Notes under the pieces: generated by a model
What the model was told of the DNA's origin: nothing
Database searches by the model: none
What the model saw: only the letters and a program-made list of their open reading frames with translations
Source of the DNA: Raillietiella orientalis
Lineage: Eukaryota
Assembly: GCA_036172245.1 (NCBI GenBank)
Contig: JAYWIR010000022.1
Span: 248,001-312,000 of the forward strand
DNA: 64,000 bases
Direction: 5' to 3'
Shown: positions 24,614-35,080 of the stretch, piece after piece
How positions within the stretch are numbered: the first letter of the stretch is position 1
Layout: each line of letters begins with the position of its first letter
Position numbers and translations under genes: made by a program

Positions 24614-25679
24614 TCCCGCATCCAGGAGAGGAGGGACTTGGACGAACCCCCCCTGCCGGCCAGGCATCGGTCGACCGTCCTTTCCGGACACTTGGAACGA
24701 GCAAAGAGGACGCTCCGGGCACCCTCCCTGTAGGACGAAGCGGTCCGGAGGCGGGGGTCTGCAGGGCTGCCCGAAAAGGATCACCCCCTTCCGTTCCTCC
24801 CTTTCCCCCCTTGACTGCGGCGGCCCTTAGTGAGGAGGGGGAGGCGATGCACTGCCGGAGGGTACGGCAGGCCAGTTCAGAGAAGGGTCCGGACGGATTC
24901 CAAGATGGCCGTTGGCAGCACAGAAGAAGATGCGGGCATCCTCAGGGCGTAGAAGTGCCCGAAGAGGCTTCATCTCTCTTCTGGCCACAGTCAGGTTCCA
25001 GGGGATCCGAAACGGACGCAGCTGCTTCCCCGAGCTTCGCGCTCTCCATTCTCTTCTCACCCTTTATCCGAGGGGACCGGTTCGCCCAGGAGGACTCACG
25101 CCCCATTCTGTCCGCCTCCCCTGGAAGCGGCCACCCTCGCCAATCGGACCTGCGCGCTGCTGCCGCCTCTTTCGAGAGGCACAGCTCCTGCATCCGAGGT
25201 TGCGCTCGCGTTGCCTCCTACTGGAAGTTCGCATTAGGATCCGCTTCCATGGAAGCTGGCGAGAGAAAGGGGAGAGATGTGTTCCCGAGTGCCGCTCGTC
25301 CTAACCCTCCTCGGAAGTGACGCGGGACAAGCGGTGCGCTGCCCCCGGGAACGGCCTCCGGATTCGCACTCCGTCTCTCCACTCCCGGACGCCTGTCGGC
25401 ACTGCTCGGTTCCCGTCCCCGATGTCCAGCATCGCTGGAGTCCATCCTCGGGGTCTCTCCGGGTTCCTCGGCTCCAGAAAAGAGCCGGCTCGGTGCCCTT
25501 CGGGGGAGGTCTGCATCCTCCCCTCCCCTTTCCCCCATCCTTATCCACAAACGTCCCCTCGAGGCTTCTGGAGGACCCCCTCTCGTCCACATCCTCGGGG
25601 TGAGGCGTTTGTTCTTTCCCTCCGTTTCCTTCCGGGTCTCCCTCCGCGACGCAGCGCCCGAGGAAGACCCGTCGGCGGG

Positions 25680-25838
25680 TCACAGCAGGATGCCCATCGC
25701 GTGGCCGAGGTGGCGTCCGTCGTCCCGATGGCGCGGGGCGAAGGCGATCGCCCCGCGGATCCCGGCGGCGTCCAGCACGCCGTTGGGGGGACCTCGGACG
25801 TCCGGAAAGGGACGGCCTTCCTCGAAGGGGGCGTCTCC
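25680..25838 (-). CDS. kirre-like putative terminal exon (GDAPFEEG...HAMGILL-stop)
   Basis: catcttccAG acceptor, phase 0, TGA at 25682-25680; no motif support. Confidence 0.5.
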   Translation of the reverse strand, partial: GDAPFEEGRPFPDVRGPPNGVLDAAGIRGAIAFAPRHRDDGRHLGHAMGILL

Positions 25839-28800
25839 CTGGAAGATGCACAAGCTGATTGGATAGGGTGCCCTGCTCCCCCAACTTCCCACTCCCGGCA
25901 GGAAGACGCGTCCGGAGCCTCCAGAGCAGCGTTGGGCCCACCAGGTATGAGGTCGCTTTCGTATCCCCCTCCTCCCTTCCTTGCCCGTCGCACTTGGAGG
26001 CATCCGGGCGAGCCGAGTCCAGCGCCACCGAACACCGCCGACGCTACCTTCACCACGTTCGGAGGGCGGGCGGGAATCCCCCTTACCGCAAGGCAGGGGT
26101 CCAATTCTTCGCCGTTCCCTCTGTCTGGTCCTCTCCGGGAAGATCCATTGGCACATCCCGAGCCTCGTGCTCCTCCTACTTTCCTGGCGCTGGAGGGCAG
26201 CTCCTTCTTCTGGTGCTTCAGGGAGCCCGCACAGCTCACGGTGCCCTTCCCTGGAAGATAGAGACAGACGTTCATCCCCCTCTCCTTCATTACTGGAGAC
26301 TGAGAGCTAGACCTCCGGCCGGTAAAGACGGCGGTCCACCCACGGGAGGGCAGGCGCCATTGCCGCCCCGCCATCTTCCCGCCTCCCCCGCTCCCTCCTG
26401 AGGTCCTCTCCGTACCCGCGCGCGCACCCCCCTTCTTTCCAGGAAAGGGAAGCGCGCGTGGGTCCAGGGAAGGATGGTCCCCTTTCTTCCCCTTTCTCCC
26501 CCCTGGGAGCGCCGCCGCGAGGGATCCTCTCCCTACGGCTCCGCACCCGGGCGGCCAGCGTCGTCCCGCTGCCAGAGACCACCTGGCACTTTTTCGGAAG
26601 AAAAGTCTGCCCCACCCCCTCCCACGACTCTCCCCGGACCTACCGGCTGCTGCTGCTCCCCCTCACCTTTTTCCCCCAAGCACCTCCTGGCCACGGTGAC
26701 CAGGACTACGCAGAGGAGCAGCACGGCCACCGACGCCACCCCGCTGGCGATGACGACCAGAGCTGAAACGTTTTCTGGAGGCGGCGGCGCGTGCCCCCCC
26801 GTGTCCGGGAGGCGAGGGCGTCACCTCGGAGCCGCAGCTCGACGGCCGCTTCCCTCCTTCCGTGTGCGTTCTCCGCTGTGCAGATGTAAGGGCCGGCGTC
26901 CTCCCAGGCGGCGTTCTTGACGACCAGGGTGCTCCGCAGGTGATCGCCCGACCGGCTGCTCTCGAAGGCGTATTTGGTGCCCGCTGGTGAGGGGCCAGCT
27001 CACGCGAAAGCGGGCGGGCAGCGCAGGCCACACCCACCTTCCAGAACTTCCCCGAACCGCGTCCAGTTGGCCGGCCTCTGGTCCGGAACGGAGTGGAAGA
27101 CGCAGTCCACATACGCCTGGCCCCCGATGAAGGAGTGCTGGACGGTGGGACTGCTCAGGGTCGGCGGCTCCTGCAGGAACACTCGCACCTGCGCGGAGAT
27201 CTCCGGGAAGCCGCGCGAAGAAGCCCGGCAGCTGTACCACCCGGCGTGCTCCGCGGTCAGGTTGTCGATCCTCAGCGTGCCCTCGAAGCTGACCACCTGC
27301 GGGGGCGCGAGTGGTTGGATGGCGGCGGCGACCGCGGGGAGGGCGCGCGCGTGTGCCTGCGACCGATGGGTTGGAGCGCGACCTCCGATGCCCACGGGGA
27401 GAGCGGGACTGGCTCCAGAGCCAGGACCTCCGCCGCTGCGCGCTCCGGGCCTCTCGGAGCTCTGCCGGGTTCGGGGAGGGGAGGGGCCAGAGATTCCTTC
27501 CCCGACCTTCCGCTGGCGGACAGCTCGCCTCCCTAGTTTCTCTCTCATTGGCCCAAGGGAAGAGAGAGGAGCCGTGAGGGAGGCCCGCTCCACGGCAGCC
27601 CCAAGCGGAAGGGGCTCATGCCTCGTTACCCCGGAACTCTGCTCTCCCGCCGCCCCCTCGCGCACTGGCCTGGTCGGATCTCCCGCTCCTGCGACTTTCG
27701 TCCCATCCGCGGGGCGGGGCGGTAACGGAGTTCCCGACCTTGCAGCGTCCCCGCAGAAGCACTGCAGCGGAAGGCCGCATGCGGGGAGCTGCGGCTGGCG
27801 CCCTGCTGGCCTGCGCGTCGCGGGGGATCGGAGCGTGGTTCGCCTCGCTCTCCCTCCTTGCCTCCCCTCCTGCTGCCTGCTTCGCACCTGAAGGGAGTGT
27901 GGTCACCTTTCGTCAGGCTCGTGCCGGGGGGGAGGAAAAGAGGGAGGGACAAAGGGAGGAAGAGGAAGAGGAAGGGGAAGGAGGAAGAGGGGAGGAAGGG
28001 AGGAGGGAAGGAAGAGAATAAGAAGAAGGTAAGAGGAGGAGGAAGAGAAGGGGAAAGGGAAGAGGAGGAGGGAAGGGGGGATGAAGGCAATCTCCCTGAG
28101 ATCAAGGGATGAGGATACGGATCCGGTTTAATTTGCTCGGATTCATCCCACGCTTCATCTGAAGCAGGACCTGCAGCTGGACCGAAAAGCCTGCAGGACA
28201 AAATCCACGGGTCGGAAGCTCTCGGGAGCACCCACGAGGGAGGAGGCCTCGCCCAAGTAGCCGCCCGCGCTCAGCAGACTGGGAAAGGCAGGGGGGAAGG
28301 AAAGAGGAGAGAGCGCCGCCTCCTGGGGAGTAGCAGCGTTGGCGCCAGCCAAGCAACGCCGAGAGCAGGGTTGGTTAGGGGAGGGAAGCGGAAAAGTGCT
28401 GGACTTTTTCCCGGATGCCCGAAAGGGAGGCACCGGGAGGACGTATCGCTCCCGGTGGGAGGAACCGGGAACGAGACGGAAAGCGATCCGATCCCGGACG
28501 GGCGGCAGCTGCTCGCGCCTCACCTCCGAGAGATCGGAAGAAAGGGAGGCGGGAAGGAGCGGGAATGCCGCCGGGCAAAGTGAGTGGCCTTGAAGTTTGC
28601 TCAGGAAATCTGAGGAACGCGCGCGCAAGCGGCTCGTTCGGCAGCAGCCGCAGCAGCAGCCAGCGGGCGGGCGGCCCCCGTCGCCCTCAAGAAACATCGT
28701 TGGGGGCGACCGGCGAATCGTCTGAGGATCCCCGTCGGCGGCGGGGGAGGCGTCGCCTCCCTGGGAGCCTCGCAGAGAACCGCGCGGACGGAAAGGAACA

Positions 28801-31800
28801 CAAGAAAACTTCATTTGTCCCCCCCCCTCTCCTTCCGCGCCCTTTCCCTCCCCCTCCTGGAAACCGTTCTGACGGATAAACTCCATCTGAAGAATCAAAA
28901 AGCGTGATCCAAAATCGATGAGGAGGAATCTCGCCAAAGGATGGCATTAGCAGACGAAAAGAAAGCCCCGAGTGTTCCGAGGGAGGAAAAAAAAAACAAA
29001 AAAAAAACAAAAAAAAAAAAACTTATCAGAGACCCCGGCTCGAAAAAACGCCGGGAAGCCCAGCTACCTCGGGATCTCCCGTCCAGCGCGTATTCCCTAT
29101 CAAGCAAGCGCTTGATATGAGTTATTCCTGGAAGGTTTACAGAAACCTTATCATTTATCAGGGATGCCGGGAGAGGAAAAAAAAAGCTCCGTAATAACAG
29201 ATGCTCATAGGCGAATTGATTCGACACCGACCGTTGCCAATCAATTACGGAATCAATTGTTGAAGAAAGATTGCCAAGTTCATCGCGCGCGTCTTCCCCC
29301 CCCCCCCCCCCCGTTTGGTTTCGCTTGCTTTTCATTTTCATTTCATTTTATTTTATTTTCAAAAAAGAGAGACAGGTGAAAGAATTGTTGAGGATGTTCC
29401 GTGGGATGCTGAGGACAGTTTAGGCAGCTCGGGAGGATCACCAGGAACCCCCTCCCCCCCCACTTGAGAGGAAGAGCACGAAAACGAGGAGTTCCGCAGA
29501 CGGAAAGGCACGTGTCGCGACCAGAAGCGAGCAGTACCTGCAGCGCTGGCGGCGTGCACTCGTGCGAGCTCGGCCGGCTCCGCTTGGCGGCGACAAGTAT
29601 GTCGGCGCGCCTCGCTGCAGCCGGATGGACGAGGTCGGCTCCCGCACGATCCTCTCCGCCGGGAAGGGGGGACGGAGGGAGCCGATCCTCCCCCTCTTCC
29701 CCCCCCCCCTCCTTTTCCGCCACCTCCAAGGCAGGCGACCGGATTTCGCGTCGCTACCGCCGTGGGCGCGCGTGGATGGGGTCGGAGGTCCCGCCCAGGG
29801 CGACAGACACGGGGGGGAGGGAATGGGCGTCTCCTACTGGCCTGTCGGGTGTCCATGCGCACCCACACGATTTCCGGCTTCGGGTTGCCGTCGACCTCGC
29901 AGCTGACCTTGATCGCGCCACCCGGCTTCTCGCTTGTGTTCTTCGAGACGCTCTTGAACTCGGGAGGAACTGCAATGGAGAGAACAGGAGGGAGGGAAGA
30001 GGGGGAACAAGTTCGGCGGGATCCCGGAGGCCGCCTACTCACAGCTGACGCTCAGCTCGAACGTCTCCTCGGACGTTCCCACGAGGTTCGTGACCTGGCA
30101 TGCGATCCTCGCCTTGTCGTAGGTGCGGTTGATCCGGGGCACTACGTATTCGGCTCGGGAGGAGTCCCCCGGGACCCTGTCCCCGTCCCGGAACCACTTG
30201 TAGGAGAGGACGGGCGGGTTGGCCTCTGCTGGGCACGCGAAGGTGACCGTGTCCCACTCCACGATCCGGCGCGGCAGCACGTCCTTGTGGATCGAAGGGG
30301 GGAACTTCACCTGCAGGAGGACACTCGCCGACAAGGGGTGCGCCAGGGCGCCGTTGTGGGCGAGGCAGGTGAACGTCCTGTTGTGGTGGGCGCGCACCAC
30401 CACCAGCTTCAGGAAGCACCGGCGGTTGGCTCTCTTCCCGTCGCTCTGGTAGATGGTCACGCACTCCGCGTCCCGGATTTTTCCGCCGTCGTCGATCCAG
30501 GACACCTGGAAGAACAGGGTTCCCCTTGGCAACGGCTTCCCTCTTGAAGAGGGGGAGGAGGGGAAGCGGCGGGCGACGCGCCTTAGCCACTCCTCCGCGC
30601 TTCTCTCCGGAAGGGGGGGCTGGCGCTACCCTACCTTCTGCCCAGCCCGGTTCGGCGGTCCACGCGGGCGCATTCCGTGCCGGGGTGGCCACGAAAAAAC
30701 CTACTCTCGGCGGAGACGCCAGAGCTCGCGCAACTCCAAGATGCTCCCCGAGAAGGCGATTCGGGCCGTTTCCTCCCGCCCCAACTCCTGCGTCCCCTCC
30801 TTCCTCCCAGCCTAGCCTGCTGTCGCCGCGAGCTCTCCTCTGATCCTCTTGCGGTTGGGGAGCGCACCCAGCAGACCTCTCCCGCGTGCGGGCACAGCCA
30901 GGCGTGCGTTCTCCCTGCCGCAGGAGATTTCCCTCGGGCAAGGGTGGATGTCGGGTTCGAAGCCGTGGGACGCCTGGCACTCCCCGTCGCTTCGCGCCGC
31001 CACTACCCAGGACGCGCGGGGAGGGCGCGCTCCGTCGGACGGGAAGAGGAAGGGAAGGAGTTGAGGAGGGCTTCTCCTCCCCCCCGTGCGGCGCCCGTCC
31101 CGCCCGCCTCGGGACGCCTCCTTCATTTGGGCGTTCCACGTGACCGTCTCCCCGGTAACGAGGCAGCAGCCGTCCTCGCGCACGGAGGGACTCGCCCTAA
31201 TGAATGGCTGCGTCCGCAAACAAACCGGCCCGGCGGCGGAAGGGCGCATCTCGGGGCTCGCCGCGGGTTCTCCCGAAGTTCTGGGAAGCTGCGGATGCTG
31301 CGGTGGTCGTCTGGGGGCAGGTAGCGTCCACCGAGCAACCGGGGTTCGCAGGATCGGAAGCGGGCGACGGGAGGGGGGGTGCATCCGGGGCATCTCTGAT
31401 TGCCAGACGGCCGCTGCGTGTGCTGCAACCCTTCCCGACGCGTGCTCTTCTGGAACGGGAGGAGGGGAGCCCTCGAAGTCATCCCAGAAAACCATCTGCT
31501 GCCTCGAGGCGTTCTTTGCGAAAGGAAGGAACGGGGAAAGGAGGAACACGCTCCCCCATGCGCGTGCGTGAGTGCGAGCGAGAGAGCAGGGGGGCCAACG
31601 TAGAAGACCGCAGGGGAACGCGCGCTTTCGCGAAGACAGGGTCGTCGTCTTTTCGCCAAGCACCGGCGTTGCCAGGAAGTGGGAGAGCTGCGGTCGGCCG
31701 GGAAGCAGCAACGCCCGCGCGGAGCCGCAGGTGCCGCGTCGCTTCCGGGGCGTCGCGCTGCTGGCGTCGTGGGTGCGGGTAGGCCGCGTGCGCGCCCACG

Positions 31801-33366
31801 GTCGCCCGGAGAGACACGAAACGCCCTGCGATCCGAGATTGCCACTCCCGGCGGGAGAGGGGAGGGGGGAAGGGCAGCTGGAAGCCACCGCCACGACCGG
31901 TAACGGCGGAACCTCATCAGTAGGTTCGGTCGCCTCAGTGGCAGAGTACTATCCGCCCCAAGCACCCCATGACGACCTCGCAAAGCTCCTACGATCTCTG
32001 CCCGACGGGACCATTACGCGATGTAATCTTCCCGCCCTCGAGGCAACCGATAGTGACCGTGATCCCAGCACCTTTGGTGCCGATGACGAGGATGAACAGA
32101 GCGGGTGGCAGCGGGTGGTTGTAGGCGCTGAAGGGGGCGTGCGATGTGACCTCGGTGAGGACCTCAGTCCCGCACGGGTCGTCCGAAGCGCCGCAGGAGG
32201 GACCTCTCGCGAGCTCCCTCCGCCTTCCTTTGGCTCCCTCGTTGCCCCTCCGAGCGTGCCCCGGCATCCGCCCGTTTCGCCCGCTGCATCCGGGATGCAA
32301 GTCTGCGAGCCTTCGGGAAGTTCGTTCCCCCGGGATGTTAATCCTCGCAAGGCTGTGCGTCCCGGAGGGGGACTCGCGTGGGCGTAAATCGGGGGCAGGA
32401 CCGCGGGTTTTCTGCAAGTGACCTCCAGGGCATCCCCTCGGGCAAGTGGCGGGTCCCCTGTGTCTCTATCAGGTGCAGCCCGGGCAACCCCTCCCTCCCC
32501 CGTCTCTTACGAGGCGCGCCTGTCGCACGTGGGCAGGCGCGTCCGCCTCTACGAGGCTGGAGGCGCCTCCGGGAAACGCCCAGTCTGCCTGCTCGCCGCC
32601 ACCGTCCGGTCAGGACCCGTTCCCTGGCCCCGCATGACGCCCCTCCCCCTTGCCACACCCATGGCAGCGCGGATGCCCCCAACCCCAGCGACCTTTACCT
32701 CGGCAGCCGGCTTCCCGGACCTCGCCTCACACTCCAGCGCGACCTCTTTCCCCTCCGTGGTCACCAGGAGCGGTCCCTGGACGATCTCCGGCCGCTCCGG
32801 GGGATACAGGACGGTCACTTTTGCGAGGCGTGACCTCAGCTGGGGCTGCCCGGGAGTCTGGCTGACCTGGCACTGGTACGTCGCGTCGTCCTCCAGGGTC
32901 ACGGGGTTGATGATGAGCGAGAAGTCATCTGGAAGGAGCAGGCGGTGGGGAGAGCACAGTGCGCAGCTTCCCCTCTCCCCCCCCTTCCTGAAGCTAGCCG
33001 AGCGGGGCGGGGAGGGGTGGAGGCAGGGTGGGCGGGGGCGCACGTACTTTCGTCGTCGCTTCCCTCCATGCGGTACCTCGCGTACCCGTCCAGCGACCGG
33101 ACGACCCCCAGGCCGAAGTCGTCCTTGGTCCACTGCAGGACGCCCTTCCTGTTGGTCACCCGACAGGGCAGTGTCACCTTGGTGCCGGCCACCGCGGTCT
33201 GGTCCATGGGCTCCCTGTCGAACGTCTGCGTGCCCCCCACCTCAGGGGATGAGGGGGCGCCGGCGTCGGCCGCGGCCGCGGCGCAGCGCGCACAGGCGGC
33301 CGCCAGGGTGGCCAGGATGCCCAGGACCCCGCGCCACCCCGGGACGGCGACGGCACCCGCGAACAT
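25680..33366 (-). CDS. kirre: kirre/roughest (IrreC-rst; Neph/KIRREL family) Ig adhesion protein, ~662 aa: signal peptide, 5 Ig domains, TM, cytoplasmic tail; 9 predicted coding exons
   Basis: Ig1 QTFDREPMDQTAVAGTKVTLPCRVTNRKGVLQWTKDDFGLG...DDATYQCQV and GKPAAEVSWID closely match Drosophila Rst/Kirre. All exon phases join into a 1989-nt CDS. Exact orthology (kirre vs rst vs paralog) not resolved; last two exons less certain. Confidence 0.9.
26087..26250 (-). CDS. kirre-like coding exon 8 (cytoplasmic)
   Basis: tctctatcttccAG acceptor, GCG|GTAAGG donor, phase-compatible; no recognisable motif. Confidence 0.6.
26667..26774 (-). CDS. kirre-like coding exon 7 (transmembrane helix)
   Basis: gcctccAG acceptor; ALVVIASGVASVAVLLLCVVLVTVA followed by RR; donor G|GTGAGG. 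Confidence 0.85.
26825..26983 (-). CDS. kirre-like coding exon 6 (Ig5 end); not in the ORF track
   Basis: ctcaccAG acceptor; GTKYAFE...LRSTLVVKNAAWEDAGPYICTAENAHG; donor G|GTGACG. Confidence 0.9.
27038..27296 (-). CDS. kirre-like coding exon 5 (Ig4 end, Ig5 start)
   Basis: ccgcAG acceptor; VVSFEG...AGWYSCRA..GFPEISA..DCVFHSVP..WT; donor G|GTGGGT. Confidence 0.9.
27926..28080 (+). repeat. Polypurine (GGA/GAA-rich) low-complexity tract in kirre-like intron 4
   Basis: ~155 nt almost entirely A/G. Confidence 0.9.
29842..29969 (-). CDS. kirre-like coding exon 4 (Ig4 first half), followed by a GC donor
   Basis: ttgcAG acceptor; PPEF...SCEVDGNPKPEIVW...DTRQ; the phase-0 join to exon 5 requires CAG|GCCAGT. 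Confidence 0.85.
30043..30505 (-). CDS. kirre-like coding exon 3 (Ig2-Ig3)
   Basis: ttcttccAG acceptor; VSWIDD...HHNRTFTCLAHN...ANPP...YKWF...IACQVTNLVG; donor T|GTGAGT. Confidence 0.93.
32699..32928 (-). CDS. kirre-like coding exon 2 (end of Ig1, start of Ig2)
   Basis: ccttccAG acceptor; DFSLIINPVTLEDDATYQCQV...GKPAAE; donor GAG|GTAAAG. Confidence 0.93.
33048..33366 (-). CDS. kirre-like coding exon 1 (ATG, signal peptide, first half of Ig1)
   Basis: ATG at 33366, hydrophobic leader, LQWTKDDFGLG; donor A|GTACGT. Confidence 0.9.
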
Positions 33367-34131
33367 CGCGCGGCGGCGCTCCCGTCGGGCCCTTCCGATC
33401 GGCTCCAGGCGCGCGGCGCGACTGGCGTGCCGGGCACGCCCGCCGCCGCAACGGAGGCGTCTCCCGGGAGCCGGGAGCAGCGGCGCGACGCGAGTTCGGG
33501 AGACCGGCAGGATTTTCGGGAAGGAGCGGAAGAGCCTGAGGGAAACCGGGAGCGGGGTACCTGCGCGGACCGAACCGGGGAAAGGGCAGCAGCGGCGCCG
33601 GAGAGAGGGGGAGAGGAAGGTGCGCGGACGCCCCGCTCGACCACCCCCTTCACGCGCAGGCGCGAGGCGACGCTCGAGCGGAGGCGGCGGGTCACGCCCA
33701 CCCGAGGCCCGCCCTCAGTCGCTGTAGGTGGCGAGGGGCACGTCCAGCGGCAGCCTTGGGATCGATCCCGATTCTCTCCTCCTCCCCCCTCGGGAGGAGG
33801 GAGACAACTCCACGGGAGCAGGTGCACAGCGAGTGGCCGGCCCCAGGCAGGAGACGCGGATCAGAGAGGGAGGGAAGTATGGAGGAGGCTCTTCCGTCCG
33901 CCACGCGAACCCGAAGGCCCTTTCCTTTCCTTTCCTTGCCCCGATGTCGACTCCATTCGGGGACCCTCCGGAAGTGCAGCAGCAGGGGGTGTCCGTCTCG
34001 CCCCGCACCCCGAGCAAGCAGGAAACAAAAGGACGGCCGCATCCGGGATCCGTGAAGAAGGACGGGGCCTACCGGGCTGCGGGTTTTCCGCGAGTGATCT
34101 CGAGGGAACCGGAGACGCCCTCAGGCGAGCG

Positions 34132-34312
34132 GCGAGTCCCCTGCGCCTCTCGCGGGCGCAGTCCGGGAGACTTCTCCTTCCCCTGTCCCTTCAGAGGACC
34201 CCCGTCCTTCTTCGCAGGGCCTCGTCGCCACCTGCAGGGAGCCATCCGCTCCTCCTCGCTCGAGGCGACCGTCTTCGGGCGCCTCCGCGCACGCCCCGGC
34301 TGTCGGCAGACC
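34132..34312 (+). repeat. Probable source copy of a ~180-bp local duplication
   Basis: Roughly 88-90% identical by eye to 35077-35260. Confidence 0.85.
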
Positions 34313-35043
34313 CGCTTGGCGACCGGTGGGGACGCGCGCGCCTCCGCGTGCTGAGCCAGGCGGCGAGAGGAGAGATCGAGACGCCTCTGGAGGGAACCCC
34401 GGTCACGAAAGGTCCCTTCCCGTGGAAAAGGTGCCGGCTACCTGCAGCTGTCCCGGGAGCAGGCGGTGACTCGGGACTCACCGGCAAAGCAAACGCGAGG
34501 CCTTCCCCTCTTGGAGAGGGGGAGCAGGTGATTGGGGGAGGAAGGAGTGCTCCAGAACTTGGGAGCGGGGATGGAGGAAGAGGTGGTGGCTCCCCGGAGG
34601 TCGTTCCCGGACGGGGGAGGAGGGAAGGGAACTGGGAAGGAAGAAAAGGGGAAGAGGAAAAAGGGAAAATCCCGTTCGCTCCCGGAGTCCCGTTCCACAG
34701 GAGGCTAATCTCTCCATAATGGGATCGCCGCGGCCCCGTTCGCCTGAGCAAGGGGGCGAGGGAGAGTGAGGGTGAAGGGGAGCGCGCAGCGTCCCGTGGG
34801 AGGGGGTCCTGGAAGAGGGCACGCGTCGTGCCGTTCTTGGGGCTCTCTCTCAGCCCAATGCGTGACGGATGGCGCTAATTCTGCGGAGGGGAAGAAGCGG
34901 GAGGGGGGATAATCCGGGCCATCCGTCTCGTCTCCCCCTCGCCGCCGCTGCGGCGGGACCAACGGAGGAGGGGCGTCCGCCATCCTCCAAAGCCTCGCGC
35001 GCGATCCGCCGGGGGACAGGCGAGCGAGAGCATCCAGTGGGAA

Positions 35044-35080
35044 ACTACACTTTGATCTTAGCCAAAAGGCCGAGAAGCGA
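35044..35080 (-). pseudogene. U2: U2 snRNA 5' fragment (nt 2-38), part of a chimeric insertion
   Basis: Minus strand TCGCTTCTCGGCCTTTTGGCTAAGATCAAAGTGTAGT, 37/37 match; 12-bp TSD ATCCAGTGGGAA at 35032-35043 and 35276-35287. Confidence 0.92.
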
